This document shows positions 37,815-50,500 of a stretch of DNA of 64,000 nucleotides, in pieces. The notes below the pieces were generated by a model. That model did not search any database, was not told the origin of the DNA, and saw only the letters and a program-made list of their open reading frames with translations. A program made the translations under genes and the position numbers. Every line of letters begins with the position of its first letter. Within the stretch, counting starts at the first letter, position 1. The stretch covers positions 248,001 through 312,000 of the forward strand of contig NMRA01000037.1 in NCBI GenBank assembly GCA_002633005.1. Direction: 5' to 3'. Origin of the DNA: Phoronis australis. Taxonomy: Eukaryota; Animalia; Phoronida.

Positions 37815-38158
37815 TTAAGGCCAAAAACCATACTTGGTTCTGGCCTACGTTTTTCTTTGAAAATTGAGTAGGTGGTAACAGTAGTTGTTTTTTTTAGTTG
37901 CTTACTTTTTCAAAAAAGAAAATCTACCTGGGATGAGCAAAAATGATGCAAGACTTGCTTTCAATTTTTTACTCAGTGCTTGGCAAATCTTTACACACCT
38001 TCCTTACCTTTGCCTTTGTGCAGCTTTTCAACAAAAAACACCAGACCATGGCTAAAGTCGATGCACGCGGGGACTTTTTCCTGTTTTTGTCGGTAAACGC
38101 AGCTCTTAAAATGAGTCGGGGTACAGAAGACCAGAACCAAGTAAGCTTTTTGGCCTAA
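37815..38158. mobile_element. MITE with ~25 bp TIRs and TTAA/CTAA flanks (Kolobok-like), just downstream of the DRAM-B stop
   Basis: ttaaGGCCAAAAACCATACTTGGTTCTGG ... CCAGAACCAAGTAAGCTTTTTGGCCtaa. Confidence 0.7.
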
Positions 38159-38253
38159 CTTGAAAAATGCAAAAGTTAAACAAGACTCCCCATATGCCTA
38201 CATGTCCCAATATAACAATAACACTAGTTGTTCGTCCCGGGATAACTTTGAAG

Positions 38254-41200
38254 TCAAGCCAGCTGGGTTGAAGGAGACTCTGGAAGGCTGTGTCCGGTGT
38301 TGGTGAGTTGGCAATTATCCACCCATTGTAGACGACTCTCATTGCCCTGCTCTCTCATCACTATCTGTGGTGACTTGGCGGCATGTGCGCGGAAGTCCCA
38401 GACGAAGGTAGTGAAGAAAAGACCCATGAACACCGCAGCTACCCACTCGCACACCGCAGCGCCATTCCTAAACTGTAGCATCGCACCTGGCTCCGCCTGA
38501 AATACAGACAGTTTGACACTTGATGGTCCAGCCCACACTATCTGCGGCAACTGCGGTAATTCTTTACGTGTTTTGCACAAAAATGATTGGCAAAATTACT
38601 TTCCTATTTTTCGAAGACTGGATTACTCATTCAACTAATTTCTAGACAACGTTGAGATTTATCAAATTATCTGAAAGGAATCTCTTCAAATTTATCCGCA
38701 AACGGGATGACTTAAAAACGGAAACCACAAATTGTGAATTTCAAGTAGACTAAAAAATGTTGCTGCTTTGCAATACTTTGGTCAGCTCAGTCATCAAACT
38801 GTAGAAAAACAATAATTTTAGACTAATAATCTATGAGTATAACACTTCTCCAACAGGAAATTACCCTGCTTGATACGACTGTACCCGTAGCCAGTCCCAA
38901 TAAACTGAGTGACATTTTGGGCTTGGAGGGGGTAACTAGTTAGCATAGTGACTTAGAATTTTGAGGATGGTTATAAATCATAAGTGTCGTTTTATACGAG
39001 CACAGCCCCAGAAATCGCTCTCGCATTACATCCAGCTTAGGTTGTGGTTCACTCTCTCACATACAATCAATAGAAAAAATGAGCTCAGAGCAGCGTTCTC
39101 CACGGCAAAGAACAGACTGGAATTACAAAAGTCATGTACGTGTTTGAAAACCCATGTCCATACTGTGCAAAGCTTGTGTAAGAAGTATTGGATTTAATGC
39201 ACTGAACTCAGGTACCAAGAGGCCAAAATGTCATAATTTCCCAAAACTCGCTGCATCAATTTTCAAACTCGATGCAAGGAAGCCAAACTCGTCATAGTAA
39301 AATTCAAACTTGACGCACTGACAAATCAAAACAGGTTGCGGAGAACACTGCAGTGGAGTAGGCGACGCCTTTTAGCAACGCTCGTTTGTCTAGCCTTTTG
39401 AAATTGACATGGATGTAGTTTTTTGTGAACCCTGCTAGAATCAGTAAAATGACAAATAAAATAATCCCCTTAGATAGACGTAGCATCCCTACAGATCCAT
39501 GTGCCTGTCTATGAAAGATATTACTTACATCTGAAAACCACATCAAGAACCCACACAGAAGCACTGGGGAAAGTTAAAGAAGTTATTTTAAGCAACTGAC
39601 TCTAAAATTAATGGTAAATCATGCTACTAGTTAATATATTTCTAAACAACAAATCTCCCACTAGAAAAACAATGAAAATTAAAAAGCATATTTGCATATT
39701 TTATGAGGGAAGTTCATGCCATTTGACAGTATTTATGTAAACAACAGTCGCACAAATTCACTGAAGTAAAATAAACCCAAGAGTGTCCAAAGCACAGATG
39801 AATGATAGACTGCTTGAGCATCATGTTGGAGGATCCAGATCACCAAAAGAGGGGAAGCCAACTGCAATTTTTCAAAGAAAACATGTTGAAATAACCCATA
39901 AAAACTGCATGTCAGTGGCATTTATTATTGGTCGTGTCCGCAGGGGAGACCAAGTTAACTGTGCCAGGGAGCATCTGTTACCCATCTCTTTAGTTGGGTT
40001 GTCACGACTACTTTGTATTTAGCCTTCAACCTTGAGGCGGTGTCAACACCTGCCTAAACTTAGCCTTGTAGTGTTTTGTTCCGGTTAGTCGTGATGTGCT
40101 AGATTTTTCGATATTCTATTGGGGATTAGAAGGACAAACTGAGAAGAATGCAGACCCAACATTAGTGAGAGAATAAATTAAATGAAGGAGGCAGAAAACA
40201 ACCTCAAAGTTACGATATGAAGATCAGGCAATGACTATGGTATTACATTGTAACAATTCAATTTGGTTAAAATGGAAAGGATACTGCCCAACAGAGATGT
40301 TGTTGCAGCCACGGTAACAGCAAGTTTAACAAACATCAGCCACTTCCTGTGGTCATAGTGTCGTAGGCGTACTGACAAAACTGTCTGTTTCCAGATGTAA
40401 ACCATTCCGAGGAGAAACGCCATCCCAGCTCCAATCAAGTGAGGTACTTTGGTTGGCCAAGTCTCCTAGAAAGAGAACAGATATTAACTACGGTAAAAAT
40501 TCACAAGTTTGGCACAGTCCCTAGAATTTGGGGCATGGAAATTCCTGCAGAAATTGAATTTTCTACATTCTCGAATTCGGGACAAGGGCGATTTTGGTTA
40601 TCACCTCATTTCTCAAATTTTGGACAATTCGTGTTCAGTCTATATAGAGTTTTTCCCGATGATTTTTGAATTTAGGACAACTACTATTGCCTATTTCCAG
40701 AATTTGGGACAAGCTTCTACCTTGAGCCAAAAATTGTTCACGGTCCAAACTGGATAATTTTTACTATAATTATAAATATAACAAAGTACTAATAATTTAT
40801 CATGACATTAATAGCAATAGTAACAGTCACCGAAATAGGGATTATATCACTGCTAAAAATAAAATCTGAAATGATCATAACAATGATAAAGACTAAAGCA
40901 GTTTTGGTAATGGTCTCTTATAAAGAACCAGTTTTCTCCACTGAATAATGGCATCAAACTGGTTCTCAAAATACAGGCCTGTTATATCAGACTATTGTCG
41001 CAGTCTCCACTTATGACTATCAAGAAGTTGCAAGAAAAGAATGACAATGAGAAACATTCACCAAATGACTTTTAAACATGTTTTGTTAAAAGTCATGCTT
41101 TGTTGGTTAATTCATTAGGCAGTTAAGGTGCACTGCAGCATGTTTTTACAATTTTTTAAACTTCGTGTGGACGCATGCATTTAGTCGTTATCGCATCTTA

Positions 41201-43425
41201 GAGGAAATGGGATGTCTTTCTGAACATGTGTACCTTCCAAGTGTTTTCTAAGCATCTTCCTGTATCTTACAGAAAGGGAAGATTTAGGGTACACTGTGAG
41301 ACAAAACAATGGTGGCCACTTAATATCCACTCCACTATCAGGCAGGCCAACTTTCTCTGGAACAGTATAATCCTATTATCTGTTCAAATTATCCACTGAA
41401 CAGGAACAACACTGCATTGACGATTTGTCTCCAATGCATGACCTCACAGGACCTGACGACAGACCCAGTGTAGTGGTGATCCATTTCAGGAAAAATCTTG
41501 GATATAAAAAGTTGCACGACAGACGTATACCTGGAAATTGCCAACAACACTCATGCCTAGAGCAGATAGCACACCAAAGAAGCAACTGTGGAGAGACAGC
41601 AGAGTACAGCCACACTGGACCGTGCTGCGTGGCAGAGAGTGGTGATCCAACAATGACTCCACTTGTTTGGTTCGGAAATATGACGTCAAGCCAACTGGAA
41701 GTAGAACCGATTTCTATGTAACTGTTGTAGGACATAACCAATGACAGGAAGGATAATTGCTCTTTTCTAATGCAAATCGCGAAAAAATAAAATCATTGAA
41801 ATTTAAATCGCTTTTGTAATAATGTTTTGACTACAAGAATGAATGGGGTAAAATCATGTAGTGAACATGCCCTTTAAAGGAGAGTTCTTCATCACAACTG
41901 ATTTCATGCACATTCTTTAAGGCAAAGCTTCTATTGTGAGTTAGTGATGCATATAATTAGCTGATAGGCCATAGTGGGGGGAGGATTACTTTCCAATGAA
42001 TAGCTCAAAGTTTGGATTTTCATTTACGTCCGTTGTCATGTCCCAAAAAAGGTAAAATAGCGCCTGCATGCTTTCAAGCTTTCTATATGTGATCTGATAA
42101 GAAGACGTTATTATCCTCACTATGTGACCTAGTGAATGGAGTCCCTCTATTGATGACTAGCACCCTAGTGGCTAAAATGGAATGTGGATAGAACCCCTTG
42201 GGCTGACCATGTGACATTGGAGAAATTCAAAAGATTTTTTCAAATTAATCTTCACATCTTTGCATGATGCAGAGAATGTGCTGCTTGGGGGTTGAAGAGA
42301 AGCAAATTGCACTCATTTTTCAAGCACAACATTCATGGTACTATAAGTTATCAACACTCTTGAGAGAATGAATTAAAGGTTGGTGTTTAACTGAACAAGA
42401 GCAATAACTTGAAGTGGCTTTTAAAAGTGAAAATTTGGAGAATAAAAACAAGGGATGGTTGCTTAGTTGAATTATGGGCATCAACTCACTGCCCATGGGA
42501 GACAATCCCCGCAATACTTAACAGTGGCAACTCACCAATCAGAGCTGTTATGTTCAGCATTTGTCCAAAAATAGAACTCTCTGGTGTAGAAGCTCCGGTG
42601 TCACTGTAAACAGAAAAAAGAAAAGAGAAAACTGATCAGACGGTTGACATAATGACTTATTTAAGCAACTTGCAAGTTATCATAAAGCTTCTCAAAAAAG
42701 CTTGGAAAATACTAATCAATGTCAGACACTCCAGAAGTGGTCTCTGTTACAGACAAACACCAAATCTCCAAATCTCAAACCAAAACAATAGTTTTCAAAG
42801 ATAGTACTGCATGGGACTTTCAAATCTATTTCACTGGAACTCTTTTCATTCTGGGAAGATTTGTACAAGTAACGCTGCACAAATTCATGGTTTTATATGG
42901 TGAGACACGCGGTATGTTTGTAATCAATTTAAATTGTAAGCAAATGCATGAACTCACAAAATCACACTTTCAACTGAAATCGGTGGTTATGAGAGAGGAA
43001 AAGCTTCAGTTAATTAATACCTGATAAATGGAATTTGACCATCAACTGCATGCTGAAGACCTTTGAAAACTGCATAACTGCAAAACAAAATAATTATTAT
43101 ATGGAATAAAACCAGATTACAAAGATTTAGTTAACATTGACACACACCATAATGATAATTGTTATTATGTGCAAGACCACACACATATCACTTATAAAAA
43201 CCACTTGTGTACGTTAATGCTTTTCAATCACGGGCCTCAGCGAACAGGCACCACTGGTTATAACTATAGAAAGCCATACACTAAACATATTGCTTGTGGT
43301 TGACAAGGGAAATTGTTATGATCAGTGAATATTTACCTTATAATACAAGACAGTAGGAAGCTAGCAAAACTTAAAACCGCAAATGTTGACAAAAACCATC
43401 GAGACCCCCAGCAGTTCACAGCCAT
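38254..43425 (-). CDS. DRAM/TMEM150 family membrane protein, paralogue B, 7 exons, ~278 aa
   Basis: Exons: 43337-43425, 43021-43077, 42536-42603, 41531-41694, 40285-40465, 39529-39563, 38254-38496 (837 nt, in phase); same intron positions and phases as paralogue A; motifs PFISDTG, LGMSVVGNFQ, AAVCEW, TTFVWDF. Confidence 0.9.
39564..40284 (-). other. U12-type GT-AG intron, DRAM paralogue B intron 5
   Basis: 5' splice site GTATCCTTTC; branch site TTCTTTAAC (39573-39581) ending 9 nt before the exon. Confidence 0.85.
40489..40768. mobile_element. TA-flanked MITE (TACGGTAAAAATTC family), opposite orientation to 61147-61435
   Basis: TACGGTAAAAATTC ... GATAATTTTTACTATA; interior is the reverse complement of the 61147-61435 copy. 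Confidence 0.75.
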
Positions 43426-44675
43426 TCTTGTATTGGTACTAAAACAAAAAGAATTTCGTTAAATTTGCAACACTGCATTCGTGTAAATGTAAAGAAGGAT
43501 TTTAGCACGTTACCATATTCTATTTGTCTGAAAGCCACACATAGAGTTGACAAATCCTAACGGATTACATAGAGGCTACACGGGCTTCACTAGTAGTGCT
43601 AGGTCAACTCATGGTGGTTAATACATCTGACAGGTCTGTAAGCCAGAAGTTGTCATCTAAAACCATCATATTTCTTAGCTGGTTGTCTCTACAAAACTGG
43701 TAAAGCGCAAATCAGCTTTTGTGCTTGGATTTAAAATTAAGATTAAACTCAAGATCACATGCTAGTATACGTGGAATTAGAAATATGTATTCATAAAAGC
43801 AATCAGATGCAACTTGTTGCTCAGAATGAAAAATTTTTGTTTTTCACCCCACAATCACCAATTTTCTCCTTCATCATAGTTTGTATCACAAAATCAAAGG
43901 AACATGTGAATGCCTAATTGTTTACTAGTATTGTTTGGTGTATAACAATGCCAATAGCTGGAAAAAAGTAGAAGTCTTGGTTAAAATTTACTTTTAATTT
44001 CTTTAGCACAGTGCAGTTTTAATCAAGGTGAATATGATTATTTGATTGAACTCTACAAGTTCACTTGGGTATTCCAAGTTTACACATACGTGATCTTGAG
44101 ATCGTGTGGAATTCCAAGTTCAAGCATAGCACAGACACTAAGATGTAGTGTGTGGATTAATTCTTTGATAGTTCATGGCAAAACATTGCAGCGAATGTAG
44201 ACTGATCATTCACCAGTGGCCCAGTGTGACCAGTTTCTGTGATGTTGAAACTCTACTGTTTTTAACTACTTATGTTACTCAAGTGTAAATTGGAGTGAAC
44301 TTAAACTTTGTGAGGACCATGAATCCGTGATTGGAATTTAGAGTAAATTAAGTCTATTAAAGTTGAACACTGTCAAAATTTGACAGTGTCAAATATATAG
44401 AAATATATCTTTTTCAGTAAGGCCTGGAAAATATGTTGCCAACAATTTATCCCATCAGCACGTCATCTTTTTGGTCACATTACGTGACCTTGCAATTGTG
44501 CTAATGTTTTCTTTTGTATTTTCCTGTACCGATGTAAAATAAACAGTTTACTTACTTACTTTACTTACGAAGTTACTAACTCCTGACCTGACTCAATGAC
44601 TGAAACTTCCAAGTTCGTTCCAGTGAAACTGAAAGTATAACTAGCCGCTAACTAGTGGAGTGACTAATAACTTAC

Positions 44676-44870
44676 CCAGACACAATATAACACGTGTGCT
44701 CCTCGAAGCAGAAATGAGCGTGAACAAAATGGTGAACACGCACACAGAAAACACAAAACTTCCGCAAACCTGCAGTGTTTTTCACACACCACGGCTGCAG
44801 GTAACCACGGAAGCTTAGTCAAGTGCACTTTACACTGTAGGCTACTTCCGTTTCCGGATTCGCAAGTCTG
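44676..44870. promoter_or_regulatory. Putative shared promoter region of divergent DRAM-B and SLC22 genes
   Basis: Tandem ETS-like cores ACTTCCGTTTCCGG (44844-44857); minus-strand donor gtaag at 44675 that could pair with the acceptor at 43439-43440 just upstream of the DRAM-B ATG. Confidence 0.4.
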
Positions 44871-47567
44871 CTTCTACAGTTTTACGTAATTTTGACAATA
44901 AGAACAATTTGTACCGTATAAGATATGCCATAACACGCATAATGTCTTAATTTGAAGTTGAAATGTACAAAATGACCAAAAAGACATCAATTCAAAGCGA
45001 AAGAGTACAATAAAAAGCAAAAGTTGAACACGACACCTAGCGGTTGAACATAATTTTCGATTTTCTCAAAGCGAAGTACGAAAAAAGGTGTTCTCGCACG
45101 CGTGTCAAGTTATGGCTTATGAAGTTATGCGCTCTTGACAGTCCAGAAATTATTTTGGATAAAGTACAGCTTGGTCGATCAAATGAAAGTGCGCCTGTTG
45201 GGGGTGGGAGGCTGGTGAAACTTGAATATTAACTAGTAGTAGACATTACTTATAGAGAAATTCCAGCAGAGCTTAACTTCCTCTTCAGACTTCACGTCTT
45301 CAGTCCAGCCTCCATGCGGTGCAGGGGTGCAGACGGTGCAAGTTTATGCCAGCTGTGCTGGCCCAGTTCAGACAGTGATAGTGTCTAGTACTAGTGCCGA
45401 CAAGGATGAGTTTCATGAGTGGACTGATGATGTGATTTAATACTTTAAGTAGTCCGAACAGTTTGATTTTGAGAAATTGAGTATTATGTAATGCAGTGTA
45501 ATAATCCTATTCTTACATCTCGTAATAATCACATCAGTCTGTATGCATAGTCTCGGCAGCCATATAGATATACCCTCAGTTTAGCAATGGATGTTGATGC
45601 GGCATTCCGACATGTGGGAGAGTTTGGCTCTTATCAGAAACGCGTGGTTTTTGTGGTCGCCATTTCCAGTTCGTTCCTTCTTGCGATGGGAATGGTGATT
45701 AATATATTTGTTGTGGCTATACCTCACCAAGTTTGTGCTATAAAAGAACATGGAATGGATACGATGGTGGCAATTTGCACGCAGGCAAAGTCTGGGAGTT
45801 CCTCTACTAGTAACAACTCCGTCCAACATTGTATCATGTGTGAAAGGTGTGAGAAAATTGTATTCCAAGATGACTTGACGTCAATTGTATCCGAGGTAAT
45901 TAAGGGAAAATCAAATTTCCATTTTAATTGTTCTACAGTACAATACATCGACTTCACCGCAACAGTAAATAGATACAAATTCACTGCCAAACCTTGCATG
46001 CATTCCTAGATGCACATGTTAGCACATCCCACGATTGAAAGCAACATTAGACTTCTGTAACAGTTAAAGGATAACGCATGTTAAGGAATGAAGGTACCTC
46101 TTGGAAAGAAATTGCGATTTCCCATATAGAGAAATACACTAATTTCGAGACTTNACGCACACAGAAAACAGAAAACTTCCGCAAACCTGCAGTGTTTTTC
46201 ACACACCACGGCTGCAGGTAACCACGGAAGCTTTTAGTCAAGTGCACTTTACACTGTAGGCTACTTCCGTTTCCGGATTCGCAAGTCTGCTTCTACAGTT
46301 TTACGTAATTTTGACAATAAGAACAACTTGTACCGTATAAAATATGCCATAACACGCATAATGTTTTAATTTGGCGTTGAAATGTACAAAATGACCAAAA
46401 AGACATCAATTCAAAGCGAAAGAGTACAATAAAAAGCAAAAGTTGAACACGACACCTAGCGGTTGAACATAATTTTCGATTTTCTCAAAGCGAAGTACGA
46501 AAAAAGGTGTTCTCGCACGCGTGTCAAGTTATGGCTTATGCGCTCTTGACAGTCCAGAAATTATTTTGGATAAAGTACAGCTTGGCCGATCAAATGAAAG
46601 TGCGCCTGTTGGGGGTGGGAGGCTGGTGAAACTTGAATATTAACTAGTAGTAGACATTACTTAAAGAGAAATTCCAGCAGAGCTTAACTTCCTCTTCACG
46701 TCTTCAGTCCAGCCTCCATGCGGTGCACCGGTGCAGACGGTGCAAGTTTAAGCCAGCTGTGCTGGCCCAGTTCAGACAGTGATAGTGTCTAGTACTAGTG
46801 CCGACAAGGATGAGTTTCATGAGTGGACTGATGATGTGATTGAATACTTTTTAAGTAGTCCGAACAGTTTGATTTTGAGAAATTGAGTATTATGTAATGC
46901 TGTGTAAGTGTGTAATAATCCCATTCTTACATCTCGTAATAATCACATCAGTCTGTATGCATAGTCTCGGCAGCCATATAGATATACCCTCAGTGTAGCA
47001 ATGGATGTTGATGCGGCATTTCGACATGTGGGAGAGTTTGGCTCTTATCAGAAACGCGTGGTTTTTGTGGTCGCCATTTCCAGTTCGTTCCTTCTTGCGA
47101 TGGGAATGGTGATTAATATATTTGTTGTGGCTATACCTCACCAAGTTTGTGCTATAAAAGAACATGGAACGGATACGATGGTGGCAATTTGCACGCAGGC
47201 AAAGTCTGGGAGTTCCTCTACTAGTAACAACTCCGTCCAACATTGTATCATGTGTGAAAGGTGTGAGAAAATTGTATTCCAAGATGACTTGACGTCAATT
47301 GTATCCGAGGTAATTAAGGGAGAATCAAATTTCCATTTTAATTGTTCTACAGTACAATACATCGACTTCACCGCAACAGTAAATAGATACAAATTCACTG
47401 CCAAACCTTGCATGCATTCCTAGATGCACATGTTAGCACATCCCACGATTGAAAGCAACATTAGACTTCTGTAACAGTTAAAGGATAACGCATGTTAAGG
47501 AATGAAGGTACCTCTTGGAAAGAAATTGCGATTTCCCATATAGAGAAATACACTAATTTCGAGACTT
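44738..47567. repeat. ~1.4 kb direct duplication (44738-46153 / 46155-47567) joined at N 46154; probable haplotype overlap
   Basis: Near-identical copies including promoter and SLC22 exon 1. Confidence 0.85.
45587..45895 (+). CDS. SLC22 exon 1, second (probably allelic) copy
   Basis: Near-identical to 47001-47309 (one M/T change); duplicated block ends at the N at 46154. Confidence 0.55.
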
Positions 47568-50500
47568 AAATCTAATATTTCTGGCATGTGAGCCAAGCGC
47601 CCTAACTGGTCAGCCAAGAGGCATTGACTATTGGTAAGCAATGTGGAGAGTCATAATTGGTCTGTAAGTCACACCTGAAAGTTATGTGTCACAACACCTC
47701 CATGTATTTGTTAGAGTTGGAAGAATTTAAAGTCACCAACCACATCCAAAGGTATCCTTCTACATGTTAATAGTATGTCTAACAATCCAACATACAATGC
47801 TTGGTGCCTCTGTCTATGGGATGCCCATCCATCAATGCGCGCTAGTATAAGCGACATTTACAAAATTAGAAAAGTGGACGATAAATAACTCAAAATAATA
47901 GCGGTGAAGATTTTAAAATAATTAAATCAAGGTGTTGACATACAAAACCGTCTAAGATAGTTTGGCCTGCTGGGATAAGTGTCTATTCATCTGGGACACA
48001 CTGCTGCACCCTCACCCTCACCAAACTGGCATTACAAAACACGGATATATTTTAGCCCCAAACAACAGATGCTTGAAATTTTTTTTGACATGTTCCAATT
48101 TTGTTCACTGATAATTGGCCCTTTAAGCTAATTAAAAGAATCTGAATCAGAAATTATTCAGGGAAATTCATTCTCATTTTTATTATGGCTGGAGCTAGTG
48201 GATGTCCCCACTCCTTTAATCTGCCTTAGTGTTTACTAATGTTAGTGTAAACTAATGTTAGTGTATACTAATGTTAGTGTATACTAATGTTAGTGTATAC
48301 TAATGATGAACGCTACCTGCTAAATATTATTCCACTTATATGCCCCAGGCTGAATCTTTGCTCAGATGTTATCTATCGTAATTAACTTTCAAATTTGTTT
48401 CAGTTGAACCTATCCTGTGGAGAAATGTACAAGACGGGTCTTGTTCAGTCATTCCTGATGTTTGGTGTCCTATGTGGTGCTGTGGTCTTCGGCAGGATGT
48501 CCGACAGACTGGGTCGCTTGAAGTGTATTTACTTCATCATGACTGGGCTGATAGCCCTAGGATTTGTCTGCGCATTTTCTACCTCATTTAACATGCTGAT
48601 GTCCCTGAAGTTCTGTCATGGTGTTTTTCTTGGTGGATGCGGGGTGGTGGTCTATGTGTACTTGAGTGAACTTGTAGGCTCCACTTACATAACCCTGGTT
48701 GGATCTTTAGTGTCGGCCTTCTTCGCCGTTGGTGTCATGGTGCTCAGTCTATCTGGTTATATTGTAAGACAGTGGCGCTACCTATCCATGTGGACGTCTT
48801 TGCCATATCTTGTATTTGCAGTATTTTACTGGTAAGTCTTATGATTGTATCTTTTTTCTCTCATATGTTCTGTTATACGAGCTATTAACATTTTTGCAGA
48901 TGCATGTGACTGCAGCCTGGAGCATTATGGGAAATAGCCTCCAAACTGAGAAGCAACAATATTAGTTTGCTTTCTCACTTGCTTCCAAACTTTTCATTGT
49001 AATGTCATTTGCACACAGGCGGTTATGAAGTGGTGTGAATTCCCTCAATTCCCTGCAGAGACTTTTGCCTATGGATAGTAAGGTCAATTGTTAAGATGAA
49101 TGAAGGAATGCACATTGATTGACCTAATTTTTCTTTTATAATATAAAGAACACAAATACAAAGGCATGAAAAACAAAAGATGCAAGCCATTCTCACTCAT
49201 GCCACACACCCACCACATGCATGAACACACAACCGCATGCATGAACACACACCCGCATGCATGAACACACACCCGACCCCCCCTCAGCATACCCACCCAC
49301 TTTAGCTATGATGTTGTAAGGGAAAAGTTATGGTTAACCAGTTTCTCCAGGTTTCCTGGTATTCATATAAGTTATGATTATTTAATAAGATTATTCTTTG
49401 AATATAAAATTCTCTCTAAAATGACAGAAACTGGGGATTATTTTTTACACTTAGATAGGTGCTAAAATTGCCTTATTGTTTCAGGAGCTTACCACATTTT
49501 TACATATGCTCAAAAATTTTCCCACTATTTTTGGTAATATCTATGCCATATAAGCCATGCTAAAAGCAAAGTAAATTTCCTGAAGTTTTGTTGAGAAATT
49601 TGACAAAGTGAAATTTCACCTGTCTGCCATATTGTGTTCCAAGTTGAAGAATTTTTACCAAATCGAAATCTTCCAGGTATCTTCCTGAAAGTCCCCGCTG
49701 GTTATACTCCAAGGGCCGGACAAAAGAAGCCGAGACCGTCCTTGAATTCATTGCCAAGAAAAACGGTCAGCCTAGGAACAGAATTAACTTGAAGACACTC
49801 AAGGAGGTCGGCAGTTCGCAGTCTTCAGCAAATTCCATCTTAGTCCTTTTAACGGAGCCATTGCTGAGATGGAGGACGATAGCACAGGCATATTCATGGT
49901 GAGGTTCTCAACAATCTGGCAACCAGTCTTCTCTTGCGTCTTGAGACTGGATTAGAATAATTGACTGATGGGCTTGCCTAAACATTTTCTTGAAAGCGTA
50001 TGTGCCAGTACTTTGAACTGGTGTTTTTTTTTTCTAAATACATGTGCTGTAGGAATGATGCTTAGTTTGAAAAGAAGATGGGCGTCTGACTGGTTGCTCA
50101 CTAGGTGGAGCTGATGAACAATGGTACTGCCTAGTTAACAGCTGATTGAGAGCAAAGATCACTAAATCAACTGGCATGGTGACAGGACCACCTGAATGGA
50201 TGGATCTAAATTTTGAACGCCTCATTGTTTAACAACAACTGTTTGCCAGAAGGCACGTATTATGCAACAGATTTTGGTGCCTACCTGTCCTTTTGCGTAT
50301 GCAGTTGTGGAAGTATTTAGGTGTGTCAATGTTCGGAGTGTCTCTTCCAAGCATATTTTTATTCAAACAGATGGAGTATAAGTGCATGCGCATACTTCCT
50401 GATACAGGAACAACTTGGAATATAGGTGTACGAGCCTGATGACGCGCATATTCTGTAGTTCAGCCTGCAATTAGCTGATGGATTTATTCACAACAAACTA

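Noticed and set aside
45581-47413. Antisense ORFs (91-130 aa) overlapping SLC22 exon 1
   Set aside because: Shadow frames of the real exon with no recognisable domain; they appear twice only because of the duplication
48234-48305. CRISPR-like array (also considered 8388-8520 and 16700-16895)
   Set aside because: Head-to-tail repeats without unique spacers, eukaryotic intronic context, no cas genes
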